From the human T2T-CHM13v2.0 reference genome, Homo sapiens, in assembly GCF_009914755.1 (NCBI RefSeq), contig NC_060936.1: 64,000 nt of DNA; one strand, 5' to 3'. The position numbers were made by a program, and so were the translations under genes. The number at the start of each line of letters is the position of its first letter. Within the stretch, counting starts at the first letter, position 1. This document shows, piece by piece, positions 37,074 to 64,000 of the stretch. The notes beneath the pieces were generated by a model. The model was not told where the DNA came from. It was given only the letters and a program-made list of their open reading frames with translations, and made no database searches.

Positions 37074-37245
37074 CTATCACACTAAGGTAATTACCTTTAC
37101 CATTTTGGTGAGGATCATTTCATGGATCTCTTTTGTATAAACACATAGGTACACATGCATGTGTGTATAATTTTAGATATGGAATGATATCATAGATGCT
37201 GTTTTTATTGCAGATTCCTTTTCCCCAGCCTTCCTAGCCACACAC

Positions 37246-37295
37246 TCTTCCACATTCCATTACCCCCTAATCTTCCACATTCCATTACCCCCTAA
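37246..37295 (+). repeat. 25 bp tandem duplication
   Basis: tcttccacattccattaccccctaa x2. Confidence 0.93.
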
Positions 37296-37368
37296 TCCGT
37301 GCCCCTTGAAGTCATGTTAACTTTCTAAGTGCTTGTTCTTCCATATTTTTCTCCATGCCGTATATATC

Positions 37369-37372
<4 letters not shown>

Positions 37373-37407
<35 letters not shown>
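37373..37407 (+). repeat. (CA)n microsatellite
   Basis: ~17 AC units. Confidence 0.95.
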
Positions 37408-37409
<2 letters not shown>

Positions 37410-37424
37410 CAATTAAACATCTAT

Positions 37425-38440
<1,016 letters not shown>

Positions 38441-38483
38441 AATGCGTTGGGGACATTTTAAGTTAGAATGTATAATCCTCCTA

Positions 38484-38857
38484 TGTCTTAGTCAGTTCAG
38501 GCTGCTATAACAAAACTACAATGGACTGGGTGGCTTAAACAACAAATACTCATTTCTCACAGTTCTGAAGTCTGGAAGTCTGAGAACAGGCTGCCAGTAT
38601 GGTTGGGTTCTTGGTGAAGGCTCTTTTCCTGCTTTATAGATGGCAGTCTTCTTGCCATATCCTCATCTGACAACAAGGAAGAGGAGAAGCAAGCTCTCTT
38701 GTATCTCTTCTTATCATAGGGACTAATCCCATTCATGAAGGCTCTGCCCTTATGCCATAGTCACCTCCCAAAGGCCCCACCTCCCAATACCATCACCTTG
38801 CGGGTGAGGATTTCAACATAGGAATTTTGGGGGGACACAAACATTCAGTCCATAATA
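38484..38857. mobile_element. MLT1A-type MaLR solo LTR
   Basis: tgtcttagtcagttcaggctgctataacaaa...gggacacaaacattcagtccata. Confidence 0.85.
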
Positions 38858-39066
38858 CCTTACTTATCAGGAATTCCTGCTTCCCACAAGAGTTCCCACA
38901 ACTCTTGGAACACAGTCAGTGGGAATATCTTTTTTGTTGGTCGCATCAATTTATCAAGCACCTATATAGCCCTTAGTCTGTTCCCAGCACTATTCAAAGC
39001 ACTATGTAAATATTAACTTATTTAATCTTCATAACTTTATTAGGTTGATGCTATACTAATACTATT

Positions 39067-39486
39067 TGTATTAGTCCATTTTATGATGTTATAAAAGCAT
39101 ACCTGAGACTAATTTATAAAGAAAAGAGGTTTATTTTGGCTTATGGTTCTGCAGACAGTACAAGAAGCATTAGTGCTGGCATCTACTTCTAGTGAGGGCC
39201 TCAGGAAGCTTACAGTCATGGTGGAAGGTGAAGGGGGAGCAGGCATGTCACATGGCGAGAGAGGGAGCAGGAGAGAGAGGGGAGGAAATGCCAGTCTCTT
39301 TTAAACAGCTAGCTCTCATGAGAACTAATAGAGCAAGAACTCACTCATTACCCTGGGGAGGGCACCAAGCCATTCATGAGGGATCCAGCCCCATAACCCA
39401 AACACCTTCTACTAGGCCTCACTTCCAACATTGGTGATCAAATTTCAACATGAGATTTGGAGGGAACAAACATCCAAACTATATTA
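39067..39486. mobile_element. MSTA/MSTB MaLR solo LTR inserted in a MIR (~38950-39630)
   Basis: tgtattagtccatttt...aaacatccaaactata; 5 bp TSD ctatt/ccatt. Confidence 0.85.
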
Positions 39487-40028
39487 CCATTGTTATTATT
39501 TTTACTGATGAGGAAACCGAGAGATAAAGAGTTAGTAACTGGCTCGCAATCCCACAGCTAATAAGCAGAAACACAATTTGGATACATGCCTTCTGGGTCC
39601 AAAGTCTGTGTTCTCCAGTGCTCCGCTCTGCTTCCCCTAAGTAGACCAGTAGTTATTTCAAATTTATATATTTTACCATATACACTTTTTTTCTAAAGTA
39701 GAGGTCATTGGACCATCTATCAGATAATATTTCCACTTTGCAAAAGTCCTAGCCATCCTGGTTATCTGGTTTCAAACCATTGCAGCCTAGAGACCTTATA
39801 CTACAAGGAGAGAGGATTTTTTTCGTAGCCTTCTAACAGGTTTTAAAATGAGGACAGCAGCAGAAAAGCCATTAAAAAAAAAAAAAAAAAAGGCAAAGAA
39901 ACCAAGACCACAGCAGGCTGAGGCCATTTAGTGTGAAGGAAAGTCATCTTCATTCCTTAATGTCCCTAGGAGGCATCCTTGACTCAAAGTAGAGGATTGT
40001 GTCAACTCAACTTTTTTTTTTTTTTCCA

Positions 40029-40835
<807 letters not shown>

Positions 40836-41375
40836 ACTAGCTTCTTTATATTCTTCAAAGTCCGTAACAAAGACCCTAACAAAGTAGAGTAATTGTGTTT
40901 TTAATGATGTGCCAAGTATCAAGTTTAAGTTTTCTTTGGAACTTAAACTTCTTAATAGTTTATATCATGAATATCATTTTATCTAAATTCAGAAACAAAA
41001 TGATTCTATAACTTTTTGGATAAAATTATGGGATAGATTTGAACAGAACTTTGTATGTGTATATAGTGGTCCAACCCATTTGTCCCCCTGTGCCCAGCCA
41101 AGTTATCTATAAAAAGGAATAATATTTTTACAACTACTTTGTGGATGTATGTGAAAATTAAATAAGTGAATACATGTAAAACAGAACAATTATTGGTGCA
41201 TAATAAGTGTTATGTAAGTGTAAGCAGTGATCATCATGATTTTTATTATGTCCTCAAGTAGTTTCTAAGCTCTTTGAGGGCAGGAACTTTGTACATACTG
41301 CGTTCCTCAGAAGGCCTGGCCTAACTTTGTAGATATCCAATGAATGCTTATTGAGTTAAATAAGAATAAAAATGA

Positions 41376-42003
<628 letters not shown>

Positions 42004-42154
42004 AAGATCTCGAAGGAGGTATGCCGAGATGTTAATGTGTGGGTGGTTGGGATTATAAGAATTCCTTATATTCTTTTTGCTTTTCTTTATTGTCTGATGT
42101 ACAATAATAATAATGCATATGTATACTTTTTCTTTAGATTAATAAGAAAAATGA

Positions 42155-42596
<442 letters not shown>

Positions 42597-42724
42597 CTCT
42601 CTTTCTAATCTTATTTATTAATGGTTGATATTTGAATTTTTTAAAATGCCGAATGAAATGTATCTTTGCTTGATGATTATGATTGCAGTGCTTTGCATTA
42701 ATGGTTCTTTTGGTTTATTTGTAG

Positions 42725-42826
<102 letters not shown>

Positions 42827-42988
42827 TAGAAATGCATCGTCTTTTATATTTTCCAAAACTTTTACATTCATTACCTTATTTGAATCTCACACTAACTATT
42901 GCATGGCCTAAATTGAGTAGAGAGAGTTATTTTTAGCCTTTTACTGTATCTTTACCCACTAAAGGATTTTAAAGAAATATGAACTGAA

Positions 42989-43760
<772 letters not shown>

Positions 43761-44219
43761 AGAAATGAAGTTATATGTTAAAGGTCAAATTCGACTGTCC
43801 ATTTGTACCATTCTGCTTGTCATCCTGTTTCTCTTCACATTTCACTCTGCCCCCACCCTTAGGCAAATGCAACAAATGAATTTCCCCAGGAAGTAAACAA
43901 GTAGGATATTTGCCAACCATCAATAAAAAACAACAACGATAAGTTTTTTAGAAAACCAATACTTAACAAATATTTATTTTGTGTCAGACACTGTTAGAAA
44001 CATTTTGTATGTATTAGTCCATTTAATTCTCACAGCAGCTCTGTGAGGTAAAGTCTGTCATTTTTGTTTATAGAAAAAATAGAGGCACAGAGAGGTTAAC
44101 CAACTCACTTAAGGCACACAGCTGACAAATGGGATGTCCAGATTTGAACCCATGCAGTCTAGTCCCCAAATTTGTACATCATACTACCCAATCAAGGCAT
44201 CCAAATATGTGCTCTGATT

Positions 44220-46200
<1,981 letters not shown>

Positions 46201-46928
46201 TAGTTTCTTTAAATTTGACTTCCTTCTCGTATAAATATACTTAAAAGAGAAGCTGAGGAGTAAAGAAATTTAAAGTGTTAGAGCCAGTGCACATGAAGAT
46301 AGCTCATAATTGAAAATAAAACATTATGACTATTGCCAACAACCTTGGGAAGATCCTCTGTGTCTCAGGAAGTCACCTTCATGGGATCAAGCCACCATAT
46401 GCCCCTGGTGACGCAGCCTGTGCTCTCCTGAGGCACTGCTGCTGCCCAGCGGGAACCTCCAGGCTGCTTAGGTGGGCTTGGAGGTCAGACAGGTCCAGGT
46501 GTGAACACCGAGCTCTGCCACTCTCTGTGGGCCTGACTAGTGTGGGAACTCTCAGGGTCTCACTCTGATCACTTATGAAATGTATGAAGTGGAGGAAGTA
46601 CGATCTATGATGTTGGGTGGTTGTATTTGAGAGAATGTGTCAAGCACCAAGCAGGTGTTTATGATACATAAGTACTGCTGTTGGTAATGTTATTATAGCT
46701 AGCACATATGGTGCTTACTATATGCTAGAAGCTTTGTGTATATTAACTTATTTAATCCTTACAATAACCGTGGGAGGTAAACCCCTTTTATATAGTGAGG
46801 AAACTAATGCACAGAGTGGTGGCTGTTTCTAGTGTTGTAGTTAGGAAAAGCACATAGGCAAACATCATACATCTGAAGAACAAGAGAGTACTCATTTATA
46901 TAGAAAAAATAGTTATATTTAAATATAA

Positions 46929-47262
<334 letters not shown>

Positions 47263-47869
47263 ACAAGTAATTTTTAAATGGTGTGTGTGTGTATTTAGTT
47301 TGCTTTTTAAATGAACAATGATTTGGAAAAATCTTAATCCAGTGGCATGTTACTGGCAGTATTTTGGATTAGAACGTGGGCTTTCAAGTTAAATAGACCC
47401 ATTCATGTTTGGACTCCACCTCTGCTACTTAATAGCTCTGTAATCTGGGGCATGTTACTTAAAATCTCTGAGCCTCTACAACCGTAAATAGGAAGAGTGA
47501 GCCTGCAGTGAAGGTAAACGTGATGCCTAACTTCGATGATTTCATGTAAATCGCCCAGCATGATGTTTGGTGTATAGTTGGTGCTCAGTATTACTCCCTC
47601 TCCCCCTCCCTCTTTTCCCTCCTTAACTCAAGTTAGCTCTTTGGTACCTTACATATCTCACTTCATTTCCCAAGGAAACACCACTGTAAAACATAATTAT
47701 AAATTGCTGTACAAAATACCTTCCCTGGACCTTGTTTGAAGGTCTTTCCTTTTATATTGTATCCCTTTTCTTTTTTGGAGGTCAGTAGGAATGGTTGAGG
47801 CAGTCTTGTGTCTCTGATGAATCAATCGCTAAAACCTACCTGAAGAAACTAAGAAGTTCCCATTATTCT

Positions 47870-48153
47870 CTTTTTTTAGACAGTCTTGTTCTGTCGCCTG
47901 GACTAGAGTGCAGTTGTGCATTCTTGGCTCACTGCAACCTCCACCTCCTGGGTTTAAGTGATTCTCATGCCTCAGGCTCCCAAGTAGCTGGGATTGAAGG
48001 CATGTGCCACCACGCCCAGCTAATTTTTGTATTTTTTGTAGAGACAAGGTTTCACCATGATGGCCAGGCTGGTCTCAAATTCCCAGCCTCAAGTGATCCA
48101 CCACCTCAGCTTCCCAAAGTGCTGGGATTACAGGCATGATCCACCACGCCTGG
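47870..48153 (-). mobile_element. AluS/J
   Basis: Reverse Alu; TSD tcccatt.ttct. Confidence 0.88.
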
Positions 48154-48227
48154 TCCCATTGTTCTTTACATCTGATGGGCTGCTTTTGGGTTGTTTTATG
48201 CAGTGCGAGTGTGTGTGTAAATATTAA

Positions 48228-48458
<231 letters not shown>

Positions 48459-48542
48459 TTGGGTTTTTGTGGAGAAAAGAATGTTGTCCCAAGAAGATAA
48501 AAAATATTGTTAAGTGTGCAAGTTATTAAAAAAAAAAAATTG

Positions 48543-48848
<306 letters not shown>

Positions 48849-48893
48849 TCAATGATGGAATGATTTGTCGGAATTAACACAAAGCAGATTTTA

Positions 48894-49453
<560 letters not shown>

Positions 49454-49614
49454 CTAAGGAAGGACACACAGTAGCTCTCTGCTTGCTGATAGATGGTTTC
49501 CCAGTGTGAGATTTGTTATTTTGATCAGAGTATTCAAATCAGAATTTAAATCTAGTGTTTCTATTTTAGTTTAGCTTCCTGATTTATATAAATGAAATCT
49601 CATTTATAAAGTAT

Positions 49615-49620
49615 AATAAA
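49615..49620 (+). terminator. Poly(A) signal candidate for the short SLC35E3 3'UTR
   Basis: First clear AATAAA downstream of the stop, ~1.16 kb away. Confidence 0.6.
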
Positions 49621-49774
49621 GATGACTGTAAGACAAAATCCAATTCTAAAAGTATGATTTTTTTCTAGTAGAAAATTGATGTAAGAAATCATACATTATT
49701 CATACATTTATAGGTCATCTCTTTGAGTTTTCAGTGAACTATAGAAACTATATGGAGTTAAAAAACAAAACGGC

Positions 49775-50464
<690 letters not shown>

Positions 50465-50846
50465 TAATCCTACCTCCCTGCTTCTATTGCCTAGCCCGTA
50501 CATTTGAGGCTTCCATGGAGCTTTCTGTGGTACTGAAACACTTGGAGTGAACTGCAAACTTGGAGTGAACTACATCCAACCTTTCTAAGGTGGCTGGGGA
50601 AAATTCTTGTACAGCAAGTTGGGACAAAATAGCCATATAGAAACAGCCATATAAGATCCCAATATAGAAAAATTGGGATATTAGAGGAAATACATGATTT
50701 CCATTTATGGAGTGCTACATGTTTGCAAAATGTATTTCTGCTTTTCATCTTCTTGACATCTGAATATTAAAAGCAGTTGTTGATAATTTCATATAATAAA
50801 TTGAGACATATCATTACTCTTGTAATAATTCATTTTCTAAATGTTA

Positions 50847-55237
<4,391 letters not shown>

Positions 55238-55566
55238 TAATTAATAGTTTCGAAAGAAAGAAACCTGCCAAGCAAAAGTCCGGTCTCAGCCCGGGAGCTA
55301 GTAGCATGCAGTGGAACAGGTCTCACCTGGACGGCAGCACTGGGACTTCCAGTCCAGACTCTGCCATTCACTGGTATAGCCTTTGGCAAAGCCTTTGGGC
55401 AGGTTGCTCAAATCTTACTTCTCAGTTTCTTCACCTATAAAATGAGGGCTTTGATCCAAATAATTTCCAGGGGACTGTCCAGCTCCAAAATCCCCTGATT
55501 CTGCTTTTTCAGATTAAAATTATAATTTCTCATTTGCTTATAATAAAAGTAGATTGAATAAATTAA

Positions 55567-55911
<345 letters not shown>

Positions 55912-56446
55912 TGACCTTTATAAGATCAATTTTTTTGTTCACAAGCATTTCTTTACTCATAGATACCATTTTTATAACTTATATGAGACGCATTTAATGT
56001 AATCATATTACTTTCTTATATTAGAAGATAGGATTTCTTCTGATGTATCGAAGTTACTTTATACTTCATATGAAGTCATTAGGAGGTGAATTATTGCCAA
56101 TTCAATGAATTATTTATGAGTATTAGGGGAATGTTTTTGTTATGCTGCTTTTAATTTGGAAAGCAGCATATCACTCAAACTATAGTAATTCACATTTTTC
56201 CATTTAACTAAAAATGTCTCGTAACTACTATGCCACAAGAACAAGCATGGATACTTATTTAACCAGCCAAGACTATGCATTTCTAAATATTTATTTTTTT
56301 CGGTTATCCGTAGACTTTTCCTTTTGAAATCCAACGATCTGTATCAACCACGTATTCATTTTCCTTTTCCTGTTTGTCTTACTCTCCCCCCAAAAAGAGT
56401 CAGTTTCCTGTTTTCTCAATTTCTCAGTTTAAAATTAGAGCCCTAT

Positions 56447-56795
56447 GGCAGGTGCCATGTACAGCTGCAAAGGTGGCAAGAAGCCCTGAGAAAGCTCAAG
56501 AAGCAGGTCAAGGGGGTGGGTAAGGAAGATGGGACGTTCAAGCAGAAACAAAAAGAGGAGCTAAAAGTGAAAGCCACCCCGCCACCAGCCCTCACCAGTC
56601 ACAGGTGGAATTAAAGAAATCTGGCAAAAAATAAATTTTGTTATCCGTGCTTGGGGCGGTGACCCTTGACCCCATTCCTATTTAAACATCTGGATTCTCT
56701 GCCATAACATCTTTTGCCACCTATAGCTACAATAAAGTGTCGTCTTGGAGTCTGTTGTACATTTAAGAATAAACTTTTGTAAGGAAGTAAAAAAG
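56447..56795 (+). pseudogene. TMA7 (translation machinery associated 7 / CCDC72) processed pseudogene, frameshifted
   Basis: ggcaggtgccATG at 56457; KGGKK, KKQ.K...EDG.FKQKQKEELK.KA and GGI..SGKK* (TAA 56632-56634) recall TMA7; 3'UTR GCCATAACATCTTTTGCCAC...GTACATTTAAGAATAAACTTTTGTA matches recalled TMA7 mRNA; intronless, A-rich tail, TT/AAAA site at 56429-56434. Confidence 0.88.
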
Positions 56796-56964
56796 AGTCT
56801 ACAGTTCAGTGCAGGATAGGGATGGGTGGGCCTTAATTCAGGAGGTGGGAGGCTCAAAATCAATTACTCTGTTGAGGAGATGGAATCTCCTGGAATCTCA
56901 AAAAGGATTTCCTTTAGGAATCATCAGACTCATCCGACTCGTCAAGTCTTTCTCTGCTTGGAGT

Positions 56965-57268
<304 letters not shown>

Positions 57269-57404
57269 GAGTTTAAAAGCAAGATTAACCTTTTTGGACT
57301 GGAGTTCTTAGAGAATTATGGTGTGACTCATTGACCATATTTGTTAGGATCAGCATTTTTATATGATTTAACACAAAATGTTACAGAAAAAAGTGCAAAA
57401 ATGT

Positions 57405-58760
<1,356 letters not shown>

Positions 58761-58854
58761 CAATGAGCATTTGGGGTAAAAAGGGGCAAGAATGGAGGAC
58801 CTGCTCTGTCTGTCGGACTTTGGAACTCAGGAAGCAACAACTAAGCGTACTCGT

Positions 58855-59218
58855 TGTCTTAGTCCATTTTGTGTTGCATAGAACAGAATACCTGAAACTG
58901 GGTCATTTATAAAGAAAAGGAATTTATTTCTTACAATAGTGGAGACTGAGAAGTCCAAGGTACAGGGTCCACATCTGGTGAGAGACTTCTTGTTCCTGGG
59001 AACTCTCTGCAGAGACCCAAGGTGGCAGAGGGCCTCACGTGGTGAGGGACTTGAGCATGGTAGCTCAGGTCTCTCTTCCTCTTCTTATAAAGCCACCAGT
59101 CTCACTGGGCAGAGCCTTCATGACCCAGTCACCTTTTAAAGGCGCCATCTCTCAATATTGCCACATTGGGGATGTTTCCAGATGAGTTTTGGAGGAGACA
59201 AATATTCAAACTACAGCA
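58855..59218. mobile_element. MST-type MaLR solo LTR
   Basis: tgtcttagtccattttgtgttgc...atattcaaactacagca; TSD ctcgt/ctggt. Confidence 0.83.
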
Positions 59219-59237
59219 CTGGTTAAAAATAAAAATA

Positions 59238-60475
<1,238 letters not shown>

Positions 60476-61362
60476 TCACCATCATCTTTGTGCTCTCTGA
60501 CACTGGTCATCCTCAGTTACCCAATATACCCCTCGCCCCAGCCCCATCCCTAGTCACCCCTCATTCCTAGTAGTACCCCCAGTTCTGCTTCAATTTGATT
60601 CAGCAGATCAAGAAAGCACTATCACCAATGGTCGCAAGGTCATGCTTAAGTCTTGGAACTGGCCATCAGTGTGAAAGTTCAACAGGTATTCAGTAAGCAG
60701 ATCTAGGAAAAACTCACTCTAATAACGTTCCAGGAATTTCCTAAGACCATAGTGGGAGACAGCTGCATCAGAGGCCTCCCAGTGCCATAGGACCATGGAC
60801 ATTGGTGAGCAACTGTGTGCTGGGAGGAAATGGCTGCTTATTGGCATGGAGTTATTGAATGCAGAACTTTTCAGCCAAGCACAGTGCTATTCTTCTGAAA
60901 TCATAACATCATGAGGACATCCACTGCTTGTACTCAAATAGCATTCCTCACAGGAATGTCACACCTGTGACTCTCTCATACCTCCAAAATCTCACTGCTG
61001 TTCTGAAACGCAAGAGATTTTGCCAAGGAAATGCTGACATTCCTTCTGTCCACTCCTCTCCCCACACTGCACTGTGTGGCCCCAGAGAGGAAAGACAAGG
61101 GCTGTTACCATGGAGTTCTTGAATTTCATTATTTATCTCCCAACACAACTTTGGCCTCACCCTCTTCCCCAGCGTGAAGACGCACAACCCAAGTGGGACA
61201 GTCTGAATTTCCCCACCCTCAGGTGTCAGAGAATCAGAGGAAGTCATGCTGCTTATCTAGAATCTGCTAGAAATGGAGTTCACCCAAAGAATGACCATCA
61301 CAGAATTTATGAACTACTCCTAGATCATGCAATTAATAAGTCCTCTAGCCCAGTACCACTCA

Positions 61363-62030
<668 letters not shown>

Positions 62031-62044
62031 TAGTTGGAAGATTT

Positions 62045-62856
<812 letters not shown>

Positions 62857-63228
62857 ATATTTGGTAGGTTTTAAATGAAAAGATTTTTGTTTTCTGTACA
62901 TTTATTTAAATTTAAAAAGTATTTAAGCCATCTTTAAGAAACTTAATGTTGAGAATGTTCTAGAATAGTGAGTCATTAGATTTCAAAATATTGGTATTGA
63001 ACCAGATGGTCTTGTGGCTTCAAAGAAGTCTCTGAAGTCACTCCAGGTGATATTAAAAGTACAGTGCTAGGACTGTCTGACCCAAAATATGTGGCTGGAA
63101 CCAGAAAGGATATAAGCATGGTTTGAGAAGGAAAAAAAGCTTAACAAGGGGGAATTGAGGAAGCCATTTGCAAAACTTCACAGGAAAGTTAAATGAATGA
63201 ATGAATAAAATGTGATTAATAAATATGG

Positions 63229-64000
<772 letters not shown>

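Noticed and set aside
48525-48539. ATTAAA shortly after the SLC35E3 stop
   Set aside because: Runs into a genomic A tract belonging to an Alu target site; apparent 3' ends here would likely be oligo-dT internal priming
56324-56614. 96 aa ORF containing TMA7-like KKQVK...FKQKQKEELK
   Set aside because: Non-ATG start upstream of the retrocopy; the true TMA7 ATG frame stops after 10 codons, so it is a pseudogene

Overview
Human (or very close ape) genomic DNA, recognisable as chr12q15, very rich in Alu, L1, L2 and MIR repeats. Two + strand genes lie in tandem. (1) The 3' part of NUP107: 16 coding exons from 2884 to the TAG at 26017-26019, splicing to 564 aa ending ...GYEIQL. (2) The complete coding region of SLC35E3: CpG-island promoter at ~29.6 kb, 5 coding exons 29935-48458, 313 aa, with a last intron that is U12 (minor spliceosome) type. 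Downstream are an Alu-dense stretch (probable extended SLC35E3 3'UTR), a disrupted TMA7 processed pseudogene (~56447-56795), MaLR LTRs and DNA transposons. Almost all ORFs in the supplied track are Alu, L1 or microsatellite artefacts. I see no evidence of a wholly new gene system. The most interesting signals are RNA-level: an upstream ATG in the SLC35E3 leader that is both an overlapping uORF and, via a latent donor, in frame with exon 2; the U12 intron; alternative poly(A) choices that add inverted Alus; a distant-branch-point NUP107 acceptor; and a short templated insertion in a (TA)n tract. Gene, family and subfamily identities come from recalled sequences, not database searches; repeat boundaries are approximate.
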